Shown piece after piece: positions 27,765 through 37,430 of a DNA stretch of 47,377 nucleotides; position 1 is the stretch's first letter; each line of letters starts with the position of its first letter. The notes under the pieces are model-generated. The model saw only the letters and a program-made list of their open reading frames with translations. It had not been told where the DNA came from and searched no databases. Source of the stretch: a virus; the IMG/VR virus record IMGVR_UViG_3300029893_000002; one strand, written 5' to 3'. The position numbers and the translations under genes were made by a program.

Positions 27765-28704
27765 GCCTTCCTTCCTTCCTTCGCGGGATCGCCACCTTCC
27801 CCGTGGCGTCCCGCACGAGCTTGTCGGCGTCCGGGTCGAGCGGCGCCGCATCGGGGCCGGTCTCCCACCGTGCCTTGCGCCCCGGCTGGGCCACCGCGCG
27901 GCGTCGTCGTCGGCGCCTACCCCACTCGCCCCCGGCGCTGAGGCCGGTGACGCGCCAGCCCGCGGCGCGGTAGCAGGTGCCCGCCTCGCCGACGATCGTG
28001 TAGCTGACGATCCGGCGGTAGCCGAGGGCGACGGCGGCGCGGGTGAGGGCGGCGATGGCCTTGCTCGCCGCGTGCCGGGTCCCGTCGGATGCGACGCGGG
28101 TGATCTCCGCCGTCGCGCCGTCGTCCAGCTGGCGGGCGACGGGGCGACCGAGGATCGCGACGCACCGGAGCGCTCCGGCGCCGTCGCGGACGCCCACGGC
28201 GCACAGTCCCCCCGGGGGGGGCGGGAGGTGCGAGTGGTGGGCGTCTACCCAGCGGCGGGCGCGGGTGAGCGTCATGGGGGCGACGGCGAGGGGCCGGGGG
28301 GCATCCGGGGCGTGCTCGAGTCCGTCGGCGACGGTGAGCAGGGCCCGCTCGGCGTCCGGCTCGCGCCGGAGCCCGAGGGCGGCGACCAGCGCGATGAGAT
28401 CGGCGGGGCCGTCGCCCTCGATCCACTCGCCGTCCCACGCGGCCGCCCAGCCGGGGAAGTCCGGGTCCGTCGGATCGTGGTAGAAGGACGGATCCTCGGC
28501 GGGCTGCCATCCACGGGCGGCCAGCCAGTCCATGAGGTCGTGCTGGAGGAGCCGGAGGTGGGCCGGGTCGTCGAGTCGCCAGCCCGCCCGGGCGAGCCAG
28601 TCGCGGACCGCCCCGGGCGTGCCCGGCGGCTCGCCCAGCACGTCGAGGGCGGGGGGGTCCCCGGTCCCCCCACCCCCCAGCAGTAGCTCCAGCTGGTTCC
28701 CCAT
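27718..28704 (-). CDS. XF1762-family / Mom-like GNAT DNA-modification protein with an N-terminal extension
   Basis: WVDAHHSHL, VAILGRPVARQLDDG, EITRVASDG, ALGYRRIVSYT, EAGTCYRAAGW. Confidence 0.8.
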   Translation of the reverse strand: MGNQLELLLGGGGTGDPPALDVLGEPPGTPGAVRDWLARAGWRLDDPAHLRLLQHDLMDWLAARGWQPAEDPSFYHDPTDPDFPGWAAAWDGEWIEGDGPADLIALVAALGLRREPDAERALLTVADGLEHAPDAPRPLAVAPMTLTRARRWVDAHHSHLPPPPGGLCAVGVRDGAGALRCVAILGRPVARQLDDGATAEITRVASDGTRHAASKAIAALTRAAVALGYRRIVSYTIVGEAGTCYRAAGWRVTGLSAGGEWGRRRRRRRAVAQPGRKARWETGPDAAPLDPDADKLVRDATGKVAIPRRKEGRHDDDSIAAALPHQGR

Positions 28705-29282
28705 GGTGGCACCCACAGTCTAGCACACACGGACGCCCGGCGCCAGTCGAGTATTCACGGGGGGTTGCCGGAGGGGCCCCGGGGTGCCCCCGGGGGAAGT
28801 TTGTCAACGGGTGAAGGGTATCTGCCCTTAAACCCCTCCGGCCCGGATCGGGCCTTCCCGAGGCGCCGCGGGGCCCCGGGGCTTGTCAAGCTGTAAAGCC
28901 GGGCGGGGCCCCCCGAGGGGGCCCGCGGGCGCCGCGCGGACCGCTGGAGGGGAGGGGGGCCCGGAGGGGGGGGCCGGGCGTGCCCGCGCCACGGGGGGCC
29001 GGTCCGTCGGGCTGGGCACCGTTGGGTGGGCTGGGCCCCCGGCGGCCGACAGTCCCCGACTGCCCCCCGGGGGTGGCGGTTGGGGGCTTGCGGAGCGCCT
29101 CGGCGCCCCTCGGCGCCCCGCCCTCCGGCGACATCGGCGAGCGTCCAGCGCCCGCCCCCCCCACTGGCCCCCTTCGGACGCCGTGCGGGACGGCGTGCGT
29201 GCGGCCGTGTCGGTCGCCGTCGTGCGCCGCTTCCTGATAACCTGTTGCGGCAGCGATCGCTCGGCGGTTACCCTCGCGGTCC
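28705..29282. promoter_or_regulatory. Divergent early/late control region
   Basis: Strand switch; TGCTAGACT-GTGGG on the minus strand at ~28712-28725; two TTGTCAA sites; G/C-run hairpins. Confidence 0.5.
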
Positions 29283-29738
29283 ATGGGTGACGGGGCGAAG
29301 GAACCGGGGGCGCAGGTGCCGCTGAGCACCGATCCGTACGGCTACGTGGAACATGCCAACGTCCAGGTGGTCGCCGCGCCCGATGGGACGCCGAGGTTCG
29401 CGGGCGGACCGCCGCCCGAGCCTCCCGAGGGGCTCACGACCGACAACTTCGTGTGCTCGTCCGCGCCGGGCCGGGCGCCATGTCGGTACTACGGCGCGCT
29501 CGTGCTCGACGCCGAGGGGCAGATCCGCGGCTCGCACAAGCCGCGTCAGATCAAGCGGTACTGCACGAAGCTCGCGTCGCAGTCGGAGCTCATGGAGCTG
29601 ACCGACTCGAACGTGTACGCCTGCACGCTGCGCGACCCGCCCGATCCCGGCAGCCAGTCGGTCGTCGACCGGCTCGAGGAGCGGCAGCGCGAGCTGGCGG
29701 ACGACGCACAGAAGGAGGCCGGCGAGTTCGACATCTGA
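29283..29738 (+). CDS. Hypothetical Cys-containing protein
   Basis: First late-strand ORF; four spaced Cys. Confidence 0.65.
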   Translation: MGDGAKEPGAQVPLSTDPYGYVEHANVQVVAAPDGTPRFAGGPPPEPPEGLTTDNFVCSSAPGRAPCRYYGALVLDAEGQIRGSHKPRQIKRYCTKLASQSELMELTDSNVYACTLRDPPDPGSQSVVDRLEERQRELADDAQKEAGEFDI

Positions 29739-29764
29739 TCGCCGGAAAGGGGAACGACAGCGAG

Positions 29765-30373
29765 ATGACCGACAAGCAAGAGATCCAGGCCGGCCAGGGG
29801 CGCCCGTCGGCGCAGGTTCCCGAGGACAACGCCGCGGTGCCGATCCCGCCGGCATTCGTCGAGCTGCAACAGCAGCTCGAGGGCGATCGGCGAAAGCTCC
29901 TCAAGGACACGCCAAACGACCCGGCCGGCATCAAGAAGTTCGTCGCCAACTTCCTGATCGGCCGCCTCCAGGAGATCATCCAGACCTTCGGCATGGGCGT
30001 GACCGAGGCGTACACGCTCGCCGCCGGGGCGACGACGGATCTGACCCGCATGCGGTCGTACATGCTGAACAAGCTCGTCGAGCTCGGCGCCGAGGTCGAT
30101 CAGAACGTCCTCTACGGCTCGCTTCCCGAGTCACTGATCGAGCGCGTCGGGACGGCGCTCGCAAACCTCGGCCTCGAGCTCCAGGAGAAGCTCCCGAACG
30201 ACGAAGAGACGCAACGGCGGTTCAACGAGCTGCACGACGCGCTCAGCGAGATCTTCGGCCGGTCTCCCTACGGCGACGACGGCGACGACGGAGGCGACGG
30301 CGGCGAGGACGACGAGGGCGAGGAGGGCGACTCGTCCGAGGGTGACGACGCCGAGGAGGGCACCGACTCGTGA
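29765..30373 (+). CDS. Hypothetical helical protein with acidic tail
   Basis: AAGGGG RBS; D/E-rich C-terminus. Confidence 0.7.
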   Translation: MTDKQEIQAGQGRPSAQVPEDNAAVPIPPAFVELQQQLEGDRRKLLKDTPNDPAGIKKFVANFLIGRLQEIIQTFGMGVTEAYTLAAGATTDLTRMRSYMLNKLVELGAEVDQNVLYGSLPESLIERVGTALANLGLELQEKLPNDEETQRRFNELHDALSEIFGRSPYGDDGDDGGDGGEDDEGEEGDSSEGDDAEEGTDS

Positions 30374-32661
30374 CGGACATCAGCCCGCAGACCGACGACG
30401 AGGTGGCGCGCGTCATCAGCGAAGTCCAGCGCGGCCGACGCGTCTCCGAGGAGGAGGCGGACGAGCTCCGCGAGCGGATGGAGGCCGAAGCCGAGGCGGA
30501 GGATGGCGACAGCGCTTCGGCCTCCGCGGCCGATGCCGAGCAGTCGGACGAGAGCCAGTCCTCGAGCGCGCCCGCGCGGCAGCTCCCCGACAAGCGCTCG
30601 GCCAAGGGGCGGCAGCGGCGCCGCAAAAAGACGGCCGACGAGCCGACCCCGGAGCCCGAGGAGGACATCCGCGACCTCGACTCGCTCCAGGCCAAGTACA
30701 AGGTCGGCGACGATCCCGAGTGGTCGGTGCGGATCTACCGGCTGCACCCTCCGTTCTTCCCGGGCAACATCAACGCCCAGGGCTTCTACGACGAGTACCA
30801 TCACCCGATCAGCGAGGAGTTCGTCGCGCGCGAGTACGGCGGGGGCAAGTACGAGGCGCGCATCTACGGGCCCCAGAAGAACGGAAACGGCCGTCAGTCG
30901 TACGCCCGGATCCAGTTCACGATCCCCGGCCCCCCCAACTACGATCGACTCCCGACGGCCGTTCGCGAATCCATCGCGGCCCACCAGGACGCGCAGGCAT
31001 CGGGCAAGGGAGGAAGCACCGTGAGCGGACCGGTGGTGCAGGGTGGCGGCAGCGCGGGGATCACCGAGCCCCCGGGGCTCGTCCAGCAGGCGTTTCGCTA
31101 TTTCTCCGACCGTCTCGATTTGGTCGAGAAAGACAGGACCAAGATGCTCGAGGAGCGGCGCACGCGTCGTGACGATTCCGAATCGCCCCGGATGGTCGAG
31201 TACATTCGCGAGATCTCGAAGGAGGCGGCGGACGCGCGCGCGAACGCCGAGCGCGAGGCGCGCGAGATCGAGCGCCAGCACTACCAGCAGCGCGAGCGCG
31301 AGCTGTCGCTCGAGACGCGGCGTCTGCGGGAAGAGGCGCAGTCGTCGTCGCGAAGCGTCTTCGGAGACGTCGAGCGGATCGTCTCGATGCTCAAGAACGA
31401 CGAGACGACGACCAAGATCATGGACTCCGTGCTCGACAAGCACCGCACGGAGGTCGATGCGATGCGCGCGGCGCATTCGCGTGAGATCGAGTCGATGCGC
31501 CAGGCGCACGAACGCGAGATGACGGCGATACGCGAGATGCACGCGCGCGATCTCGAGGGACGCGACCGGCACTGGGAAGCGCGCGTCCAGCGGCTCGAGG
31601 ATCAGCTCGCGCAGGAGCGCAACGAGCGCCGCCGCGACGAAGAGCGCTACACCGAGCGCCTTCGCGACGAGCGCGACCGGTACGACGAGCGGCTTCGGAT
31701 CGCCGAGGATCGCGCGAAGGAACGCGAGGAGTCGCGCGTGTCGACCATCGTCTCGGCCTGGGAATCGAAGTACCAGACCATGGAGGCGAGCAAGGACAAC
31801 CGCATCGACAGCCTCGTTTCGGAGCTCGATCGGCTGAGGCGCGAGAACGACGACCTGCGCCAGCGCCAGCGCGAGGAGGGCGACGTCTTCCACCAGATCG
31901 ATCGGTCGAAGCAGCTCATGCAGTTTGCCCGCGACATGACGGGCACGGACGGCGGGGCCGAGGCAGCGGCGGCCGCCGGGAGCATTCCGGAGATCTTCGC
32001 CAAGGCCGCGGGCGATCGGTTGCCGCAGATCCTCGGCACTGTGCTGCACGGGTTCGGGGTGGGCGGCGGCGGCCCGCAGGTCTTTCCGGGTGCGCCCCCC
32101 GGCGTGATGCCGCCCGCGATGCCGCCCGGAGCGCCCCCGCCGCGCATGATGCCGCCGCCCCCACCGCCGGGGCCGGCCGTCGGGCCGCAGCGACGGCCGC
32201 GGATGCACGTCATGCCCGACGTCGAGGAGGTCATCAGCCACGACGAGGCCCAGGAGGACGAGTACGAGCGCCGCCGCCGGCCGCCGCGGCGCACGAGCCG
32301 CGGCGCTGCCCCGGCCGCCGAACCTCCCCCTCCGCCGCCAACTGGCGGCGCGCCGGCGGCCGCGCCCGCCGCCCCGCCCGCTGCGCGAAGCGGGCCGCCG
32401 CCGGTCTCGCAGGAGACGGTGGTGATCGTGGCGCAGCACCTTGCCGAGGCGATCGATCGCGGCGACGACGTCCGCGAGTTCTTCGACAAGGTGCGCCGAG
32501 CGGTCCCTGAGCAGTACCTCCGGCAGATGGCGCAGTTCCCGGCCGACCAGGTGATCGCGGCGATCGGGCAGCTCCAGCCGCAGAGCGAGGTCCTGAGCCC
32601 GGCGGGACAGCGGTTCACGCGCGAGGTCTGGGCTGCGCTCCAGGAGGCCTACGTCGGCTGA
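30370..32661 (+). CDS. Large coiled-coil / Pro-rich protein
   Basis: Small globular domain (VRIYR...YGGGKYEARIY), long E/R-rich coiled coil, Pro-rich linker, C-terminal helical domain. Confidence 0.8.
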   Translation: MTDISPQTDDEVARVISEVQRGRRVSEEEADELRERMEAEAEAEDGDSASASAADAEQSDESQSSSAPARQLPDKRSAKGRQRRRKKTADEPTPEPEEDIRDLDSLQAKYKVGDDPEWSVRIYRLHPPFFPGNINAQGFYDEYHHPISEEFVAREYGGGKYEARIYGPQKNGNGRQSYARIQFTIPGPPNYDRLPTAVRESIAAHQDAQASGKGGSTVSGPVVQGGGSAGITEPPGLVQQAFRYFSDRLDLVEKDRTKMLEERRTRRDDSESPRMVEYIREISKEAADARANAEREAREIERQHYQQRERELSLETRRLREEAQSSSRSVFGDVERIVSMLKNDETTTKIMDSVLDKHRTEVDAMRAAHSREIESMRQAHEREMTAIREMHARDLEGRDRHWEARVQRLEDQLAQERNERRRDEERYTERLRDERDRYDERLRIAEDRAKEREESRVSTIVSAWESKYQTMEASKDNRIDSLVSELDRLRRENDDLRQRQREEGDVFHQIDRSKQLMQFARDMTGTDGGAEAAAAAGSIPEIFAKAAGDRLPQILGTVLHGFGVGGGGPQVFPGAPPGVMPPAMPPGAPPPRMMPPPPPPGPAVGPQRRPRMHVMPDVEEVISHDEAQEDEYERRRRPPRRTSRGAAPAAEPPPPPPTGGAPAAAPAAPPAARSGPPPVSQETVVIVAQHLAEAIDRGDDVREFFDKVRRAVPEQYLRQMAQFPADQVIAAIGQLQPQSEVLSPAGQRFTREVWAALQEAYVG

Positions 32662-32668
32662 GGAAAGG

Positions 32669-33040
32669 ATGGCTCGCCCAATGAATGCAACCGAGAAGCT
32701 CGAGGCCATGGCGCGCGCCGCGCATGAAGCGAACCGCGCCTACTGCATCGCCCTTGGCGACACGTCGCAGCCGCCGTGGGAATCGGCTCCCGAGTGGCAG
32801 CGCAAGAGCGCGATCGAGGGGGCTCGAGCGGCTCTCGATCCCAGCCAGACCCCCGAGAAGAGCCACGAGGGCTGGATGGCCCAGAAGATCGAAGACGGCT
32901 GGTCGTGGGGTCCCGTGAAGGATCCCGACGCCAAGACCCACCCGTGCCTCGTGCCCTACGACCAGCTGCCCGCCGAGCAGCGAGCGAAGGACTCCATCTT
33001 CCTCGCGGTCACGAGAGCCCTCGCCGCGGCGCTCGAGTAG
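32669..33040 (+). CDS. Phage RyR-domain protein
   Basis: AHEANRAYC, HEGWM...GWSWGPVKD...THPCLVPYDQLP...KD. Confidence 0.88.
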   Translation: MARPMNATEKLEAMARAAHEANRAYCIALGDTSQPPWESAPEWQRKSAIEGARAALDPSQTPEKSHEGWMAQKIEDGWSWGPVKDPDAKTHPCLVPYDQLPAEQRAKDSIFLAVTRALAAALE

Positions 33041-33095
33041 GCGCCCCGCCCCCGCAAATAGCCCTCGGCGCACCGCCGGTGGTACGCTGATCGGG

Positions 33096-33437
33096 ATGAC
33101 CTTCCGGCGCAGGCGCCGTCCGAAGCTGCGCAACCGCGTCGCTCGGATGACGGGCGAGCTGCTCTTCTACCGGGGCGACCGGGCCGTCGTCCGGCTCGAC
33201 GGGGGCGCCCTGTCGATGCCGGCGGCGCCGTTTCGCACGCTCGACGTCCAGCCGTTCGACCGGTTCGTGCTCGTGACGACGCGTGCCCCGGGGGGCGACC
33301 TGCTCGACGCCCGCGTCGAACACGTCGCGCCGCCGGCGCGGCCGCCGCGTCGCATGACGACGCCGCCCGTGTACCTCAAGGACGGAAAAGCGATAACGAC
33401 ACGGAAGCGACACACCGGTATTTCCAGGAAGGCGTAG
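33096..33437 (+). CDS. Hypothetical basic protein
   Basis: ATG 7 nt after TACGCT. Confidence 0.55.
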   Translation: MTFRRRRRPKLRNRVARMTGELLFYRGDRAVVRLDGGALSMPAAPFRTLDVQPFDRFVLVTTRAPGGDLLDARVEHVAPPARPPRRMTTPPVYLKDGKAITTRKRHTGISRKA

Positions 33438-33456
33438 CACCGGGTACGATTGACCC

Positions 33457-33933
33457 ATGTCCTCAGGCAGGGACAATGGGACGGGGAAGTTCCCGGTAGT
33501 CTGGGGACAGGCAGACCGACCAGCGACATCGCCGCCGGGCGCACCTGATGGGAGGGACGCTGTGCTGGACGAGGGCCGCGCTGCGCACGACTGGATCAAG
33601 CGGATCGCCTACCTCGTCGGCGTGGTCGCGGCGATCGTGGGCGCGGGCTACTACGTCGGGGTCCGGACCGAGAACCTGGCGACCAAGGAGGACCTCGACG
33701 CGTTCGAGGTGCAGCAGAGCGGCGCCGTCCAGGGCGTCGCGGAGGCGTCGGTCGAGCACGCCGGACGCATCCAGTCGCTCGAGGACGAGCGGGAGTACGT
33801 CAAGAGCCGCCTCGACGAGGTCGAGCGGAAACTCGACTGGCTGATCCGGCTCGAGGTCGCGACCGCGCGTCGGGCCCACCGCGAGCGCCGAGCGCTCCTC
33901 CGGGACCCTCCGGAGCCTTCGGCCCCCGACTGA
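33457..33933 (+). CDS. Single-TM coiled-coil protein (holin/XhlA-like architecture)
   Basis: IAYLVGVVAAIVGAGYYVG followed by a coiled coil ending VERKLDWLI. Confidence 0.55.
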   Translation: MSSGRDNGTGKFPVVWGQADRPATSPPGAPDGRDAVLDEGRAAHDWIKRIAYLVGVVAAIVGAGYYVGVRTENLATKEDLDAFEVQQSGAVQGVAEASVEHAGRIQSLEDEREYVKSRLDEVERKLDWLIRLEVATARRAHRERRALLRDPPEPSAPD

Positions 33934-34069
33934 ACGAGCCCCTTGCCGCTTCTCGGGCGCACATGAGACACTCTCAGTGCTCTCGGCTGCGCGAGGGGTT
34001 GACGGAAAACCCCTGGTGTTGCGCTCCTCTGCATACTCTCGACGGTACAACGACGCTCCGGGCCGCGTG

Positions 34070-34615
34070 ATGGCGTACCGGGGGACGCCGTACACCGTCC
34101 AGAAGATGATCGAGCAGGCGCTCGGCCCGCGTGGCGAGCGGTCGATCCGTGTCCGCCGTCACGCCGAACAGATCGTGAACAACATCCGGCCGAAGGACTA
34201 CTCGAGCGAGCTCTGCGCGGTCTACCACTGGTGGTGCCGCGCGGGCCGCTACACGCGCGATCCGCTCCACGTCGAGTACCTCAAGGACCCCGAGCGCCTC
34301 GTCTCCGATGCCGAAGAGGGCCGGCTCGTGTGCGACTGCGACGAGCTCGCGCTCGGCATCGCGACCGACTGCATGATCCTCGGCAGCCCCGCGCAGTTCG
34401 TGACCGTCGGCTTTCGGCCGCGGGTTCCGGGTGGGCCCGAGATCTACACGCACGTCTTCGCGCGCGCCCAGGACCCTCGCACCGGCGTCTGGTGGGTACT
34501 CGACCCGGTCGCCGGTCGGCGGGTCGATCGTATGCTCGGCCGGGTGCGCCAGTTCAAGATCTACCCGGTCGATGCCGACACCTGGCAGGCCCTCCGAAGG
34601 AGGCACGGAGCGTGA
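34070..34615 (+). CDS. Transglutaminase-fold (Cys-His-Asp) protease-like protein
   Basis: YTRDP...E...P, CDCDE, THVF, WWVLDP. Confidence 0.82.
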   Translation: MAYRGTPYTVQKMIEQALGPRGERSIRVRRHAEQIVNNIRPKDYSSELCAVYHWWCRAGRYTRDPLHVEYLKDPERLVSDAEEGRLVCDCDELALGIATDCMILGSPAQFVTVGFRPRVPGGPEIYTHVFARAQDPRTGVWWVLDPVAGRRVDRMLGRVRQFKIYPVDADTWQALRRRHGA

Positions 34616-35325
34616 GGGCGCCCGGCTACATGGGAGCGGCGCCGGGGCCCGAGGATCCGATCCTCGCCGGCGCGGGGCGCGCGGCGTCGATCATCGCCAC
34701 GCGCGCACGCGAGCTGCCGCCAGGCGAGCGCCCACGCGCGGTCCGCGAGCTCCTCGCCATGTTCGGCCCGCGCGTGCCGGCCAAGGTCTCGAGGGCGGCC
34801 GCGAAGCTTGAGGCGGAGGGCTGGCCCGCGCCCGCGGCGCTCGAGCGGGCGATGCAGCTCACGATCGCCGATCGCCTCGTGAGCCGCTTCGTGGAGATCG
34901 GCGAACGGAGCCGCATCCGGCCCGGGCGCGGCGCCGAGGCCGTTCGCAAGCTCACGGCCGAGCTCTCGGGGCTTGGCGACGTCGGAAGCTGGCTCAAGGG
35001 GGCCGCCGAGGACGTCTGGAATGACGCCGTGAAGCCGGTCATGTGCCATCCGGTGACCCCGCTCGCCGCGGGCGCGGTCGCGAGCATCTCCTCCCCCGTG
35101 GCGGGCGCTGCGGCGGGCGTGGGCGCCGAGGTGGCCCAGGCCGTGGTCTGCCCGCCCGGAACGAAGCCCGCGCCCGCGGCGAGCCCCCCTGCGCCCCCGC
35201 CTCCGAAGGAGCCGAAGACGCCGAAGTGGCTGGGCCCGGCGATCATCGGGGGCGCCGCGCTCGTCACGCTCGGAATCGTGGCGCTCGGCGCCAAAAAGAA
35301 GAAGAAGGGGACCCCCGCATCATGA
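34612..35325 (+). CDS. C-terminally anchored membrane protein (paralog 1)
   Basis: GTGA coupling; internal SGLGD; TM followed by KKKKK. Confidence 0.75.
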   Translation: MRAPGYMGAAPGPEDPILAGAGRAASIIATRARELPPGERPRAVRELLAMFGPRVPAKVSRAAAKLEAEGWPAPAALERAMQLTIADRLVSRFVEIGERSRIRPGRGAEAVRKLTAELSGLGDVGSWLKGAAEDVWNDAVKPVMCHPVTPLAAGAVASISSPVAGAAAGVGAEVAQAVVCPPGTKPAPAASPPAPPPPKEPKTPKWLGPAIIGGAALVTLGIVALGAKKKKKGTPAS

Positions 35326-35894
35326 TGGACCCGATCCTCACCGCCGCCCGAAAGGAAGCGCGCCGTCTCATCCGGACGCTCAACCGAGAGCAGCTCTTTC
35401 GCCAGCTGCGCCGCGAGGGCCTCGAGCGCAAGGTGCGCGAGCTCCTCGGCCGCTACGAGGCCGAGGGGATCCCGTCCTCTGCCGCGCTCGACCAGGCCGT
35501 CACGGTGGCGCTCGCCGACGCCATCTTCAACGGCTTCGAGCGGCTCGGCGAGAGGGTGATGCGTCGTCAGGGCACGATGGCGGGGCTCGGCGCGACGGTG
35601 ACGGCCACCATCGGCGGCGCGGTCGGCCGCGGGCTCAAGGCGGCCGCATGCAGCGATCACACACGCGAGCTCCTGCGGCGGCTGAGCACGACCGATCGGG
35701 AGCGGTACGCGTCCGAGATGGGACTCGACATCGTCGCGGGGGTGGTGCAATGCCCCTCGTCAGCGCCCGATCCGGGCTACGTCGAGCCGCCCCCGGCACC
35801 CGAGCCGGAAAAGAGCAACATGCCGCTCATCATCGGCGGCGTGGCGGTCGTCGCCGTGCTCGGGGCGGCCGTTTTCATCGCGACGCGCAAGTAG
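35322..35894 (+). CDS. C-terminally anchored membrane protein (paralog 2)
   Basis: ATGA coupling; internal AGLGA; TM followed by RK. Confidence 0.75.
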   Translation: MMDPILTAARKEARRLIRTLNREQLFRQLRREGLERKVRELLGRYEAEGIPSSAALDQAVTVALADAIFNGFERLGERVMRRQGTMAGLGATVTATIGGAVGRGLKAAACSDHTRELLRRLSTTDRERYASEMGLDIVAGVVQCPSSAPDPGYVEPPPAPEPEKSNMPLIIGGVAVVAVLGAAVFIATRK

Positions 35895-35912
35895 CAGGGG
35901 AAACAGGTCAAC

Positions 35913-37148
35913 ATGGCAGGCACGAACGGACTCGGAGACTGGGAGGACGCGATCCTCGACCCGGATGTGGCGTCGGAGATGGGGTCCTACGACATGGAGG
36001 CGGACGACGAGTTCGCGCTCGACGACGACAGCCTCGACCTCGACGACATCGAGGCCGAGGGCGGCGCCTCCGAGCCCTGGGGGCCGGGCGCGGGTTACGC
36101 GCACCTGCCGATGAGCATGGCGGTCACCGATCGCGCGCCGCTCGGGTCGAGCGACGAGGAGCACCAGGTGGCGGCGAACGCGGCCGTCGAGCAGCAGCAG
36201 CGTGCCGAGGGCGACCCGGGCGACATGGTGCGCTACGACCGCTCGAGCTACGAGCGCGGCCACACCTACGGTTCGGGCATCTTCGACATGCCCGACGAGG
36301 GCTACCGCAGCCGCGACGGCAACGGCATCTTCGACACCGACTTCGCGATGCCCGACTACATCGGCGACGAGCCGGAGGTCGGCGTCTGGGAGTCGGAGAT
36401 GCTCGACCTCAACACCGGACAGCCGCGCGTCGTGCAGGGCAACACCTCGGGCGTGCAGCTCGCGCGCCAGGTGCCGCAGGGGCAGGCCGTCTTTTCGCCC
36501 TTCGCGCCGCCACCCTACGGCCAGTCGACCCCGGTTCGGACCGTGCCGGGCGTCCCCCAGCCGCGCGGCGCGTGGCTCGGCCGCATCGAGCAGTTCGGAA
36601 ACGCCGCGGCGGCCGCCCTTCTCGCCGAGGCTCACCGCGGCCGCTCCGGAAAGCACGCCGAGCGGTTCGTCCAGGCCGCGCTCGAGGCGCTCGGGCCCGG
36701 CAAGTCGCGCATCGCGATGGCGCAGGTCCGACGGCTTCGCAAGCTCGGCTACCCGCCGGGACAAGCCCTGCACCAGACGGTCGCCCACCTCATCATGCAC
36801 GCGACGGCCGACGATCTCCGGACCAAGGCGACGCAGCGGGACGCAAGCCCGCGGATGCCGTCGCTCGACCGGATGGCGGCCGCGACCGGGCTCGGCGCTT
36901 CGCCCCAACTGAACGATGCGGCTCGGCAGACGATCGGGCCGCTCACGCAGCTCGGGCCCGAGACGCAGAGCGAGCTCGAGAGCTTCTTCGCATCGCCCGC
37001 CGGGCGCGAGGCATCGCAGATGCTCGGAGAGGCGCAGGGCGCCCCCGGCAATGGGGTCGGCAAGTACCTGCTCCTCGGCGCGGCCGTTCTCGGCGCCGGC
37101 TACGTCGGCTGGCGGTGGTGGCAGGACAAGCAGCAGGGCGGAGCGTAG
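35913..37148 (+). CDS. C-terminally anchored membrane protein (acidic N-terminal half, paralog 3 domain)
   Basis: N-terminal NGLGD; G[SN]GIFD twice; TGLGA; C-terminal TM. Confidence 0.8.
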   Translation: MAGTNGLGDWEDAILDPDVASEMGSYDMEADDEFALDDDSLDLDDIEAEGGASEPWGPGAGYAHLPMSMAVTDRAPLGSSDEEHQVAANAAVEQQQRAEGDPGDMVRYDRSSYERGHTYGSGIFDMPDEGYRSRDGNGIFDTDFAMPDYIGDEPEVGVWESEMLDLNTGQPRVVQGNTSGVQLARQVPQGQAVFSPFAPPPYGQSTPVRTVPGVPQPRGAWLGRIEQFGNAAAAALLAEAHRGRSGKHAERFVQAALEALGPGKSRIAMAQVRRLRKLGYPPGQALHQTVAHLIMHATADDLRTKATQRDASPRMPSLDRMAAATGLGASPQLNDAARQTIGPLTQLGPETQSELESFFASPAGREASQMLGEAQGAPGNGVGKYLLLGAAVLGAGYVGWRWWQDKQQGGA

Positions 37149-37175
37149 TCGCCGGCAGACGGCGAGGAGGACCCA

Positions 37176-37430
37176 ATGGACGTGGTGAGCGCAGACGACA
37201 GCCAGGCCTACTCCGCCTACGCGAACCGCATGGCGGGGGCGCCGGTCGGCGCGCAGCAGCCGGCCTACCCGATGTACGGCGTGCCGACGCTCGGGCAGGC
37301 GGCGGGCCAGGCGGCGGGGATGCTTCGCAACCCGTTCGTCACGTTCCTGCTCGGCGCGGCGGTCGTCGGAAGCGTCTGGCTCTACGTCGACGTGATCAAG
37401 CCGATGCGCGAGCAGCGAAAGGGGCGGTGA
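37176..37430 (+). CDS. Small C-terminally anchored membrane protein
   Basis: GAGGAGG RBS; TM followed by a basic tail. Confidence 0.75.
   Translation: MDVVSADDSQAYSAYANRMAGAPVGAQQPAYPMYGVPTLGQAAGQAAGMLRNPFVTFLLGAAVVGSVWLYVDVIKPMREQRKGR

Noticed and set aside
28717-29282. ORFs, or G-quadruplex function, in the G/C-run region
   Set aside because: The translations are low-complexity Pro/Gly/Arg. The G-runs are present, but there is no evidence of function beyond a control region.
30268-32709. 813-aa minus-strand ORF
   Set aside because: Antisense shadow of the 763-aa coiled-coil gene; no motifs.
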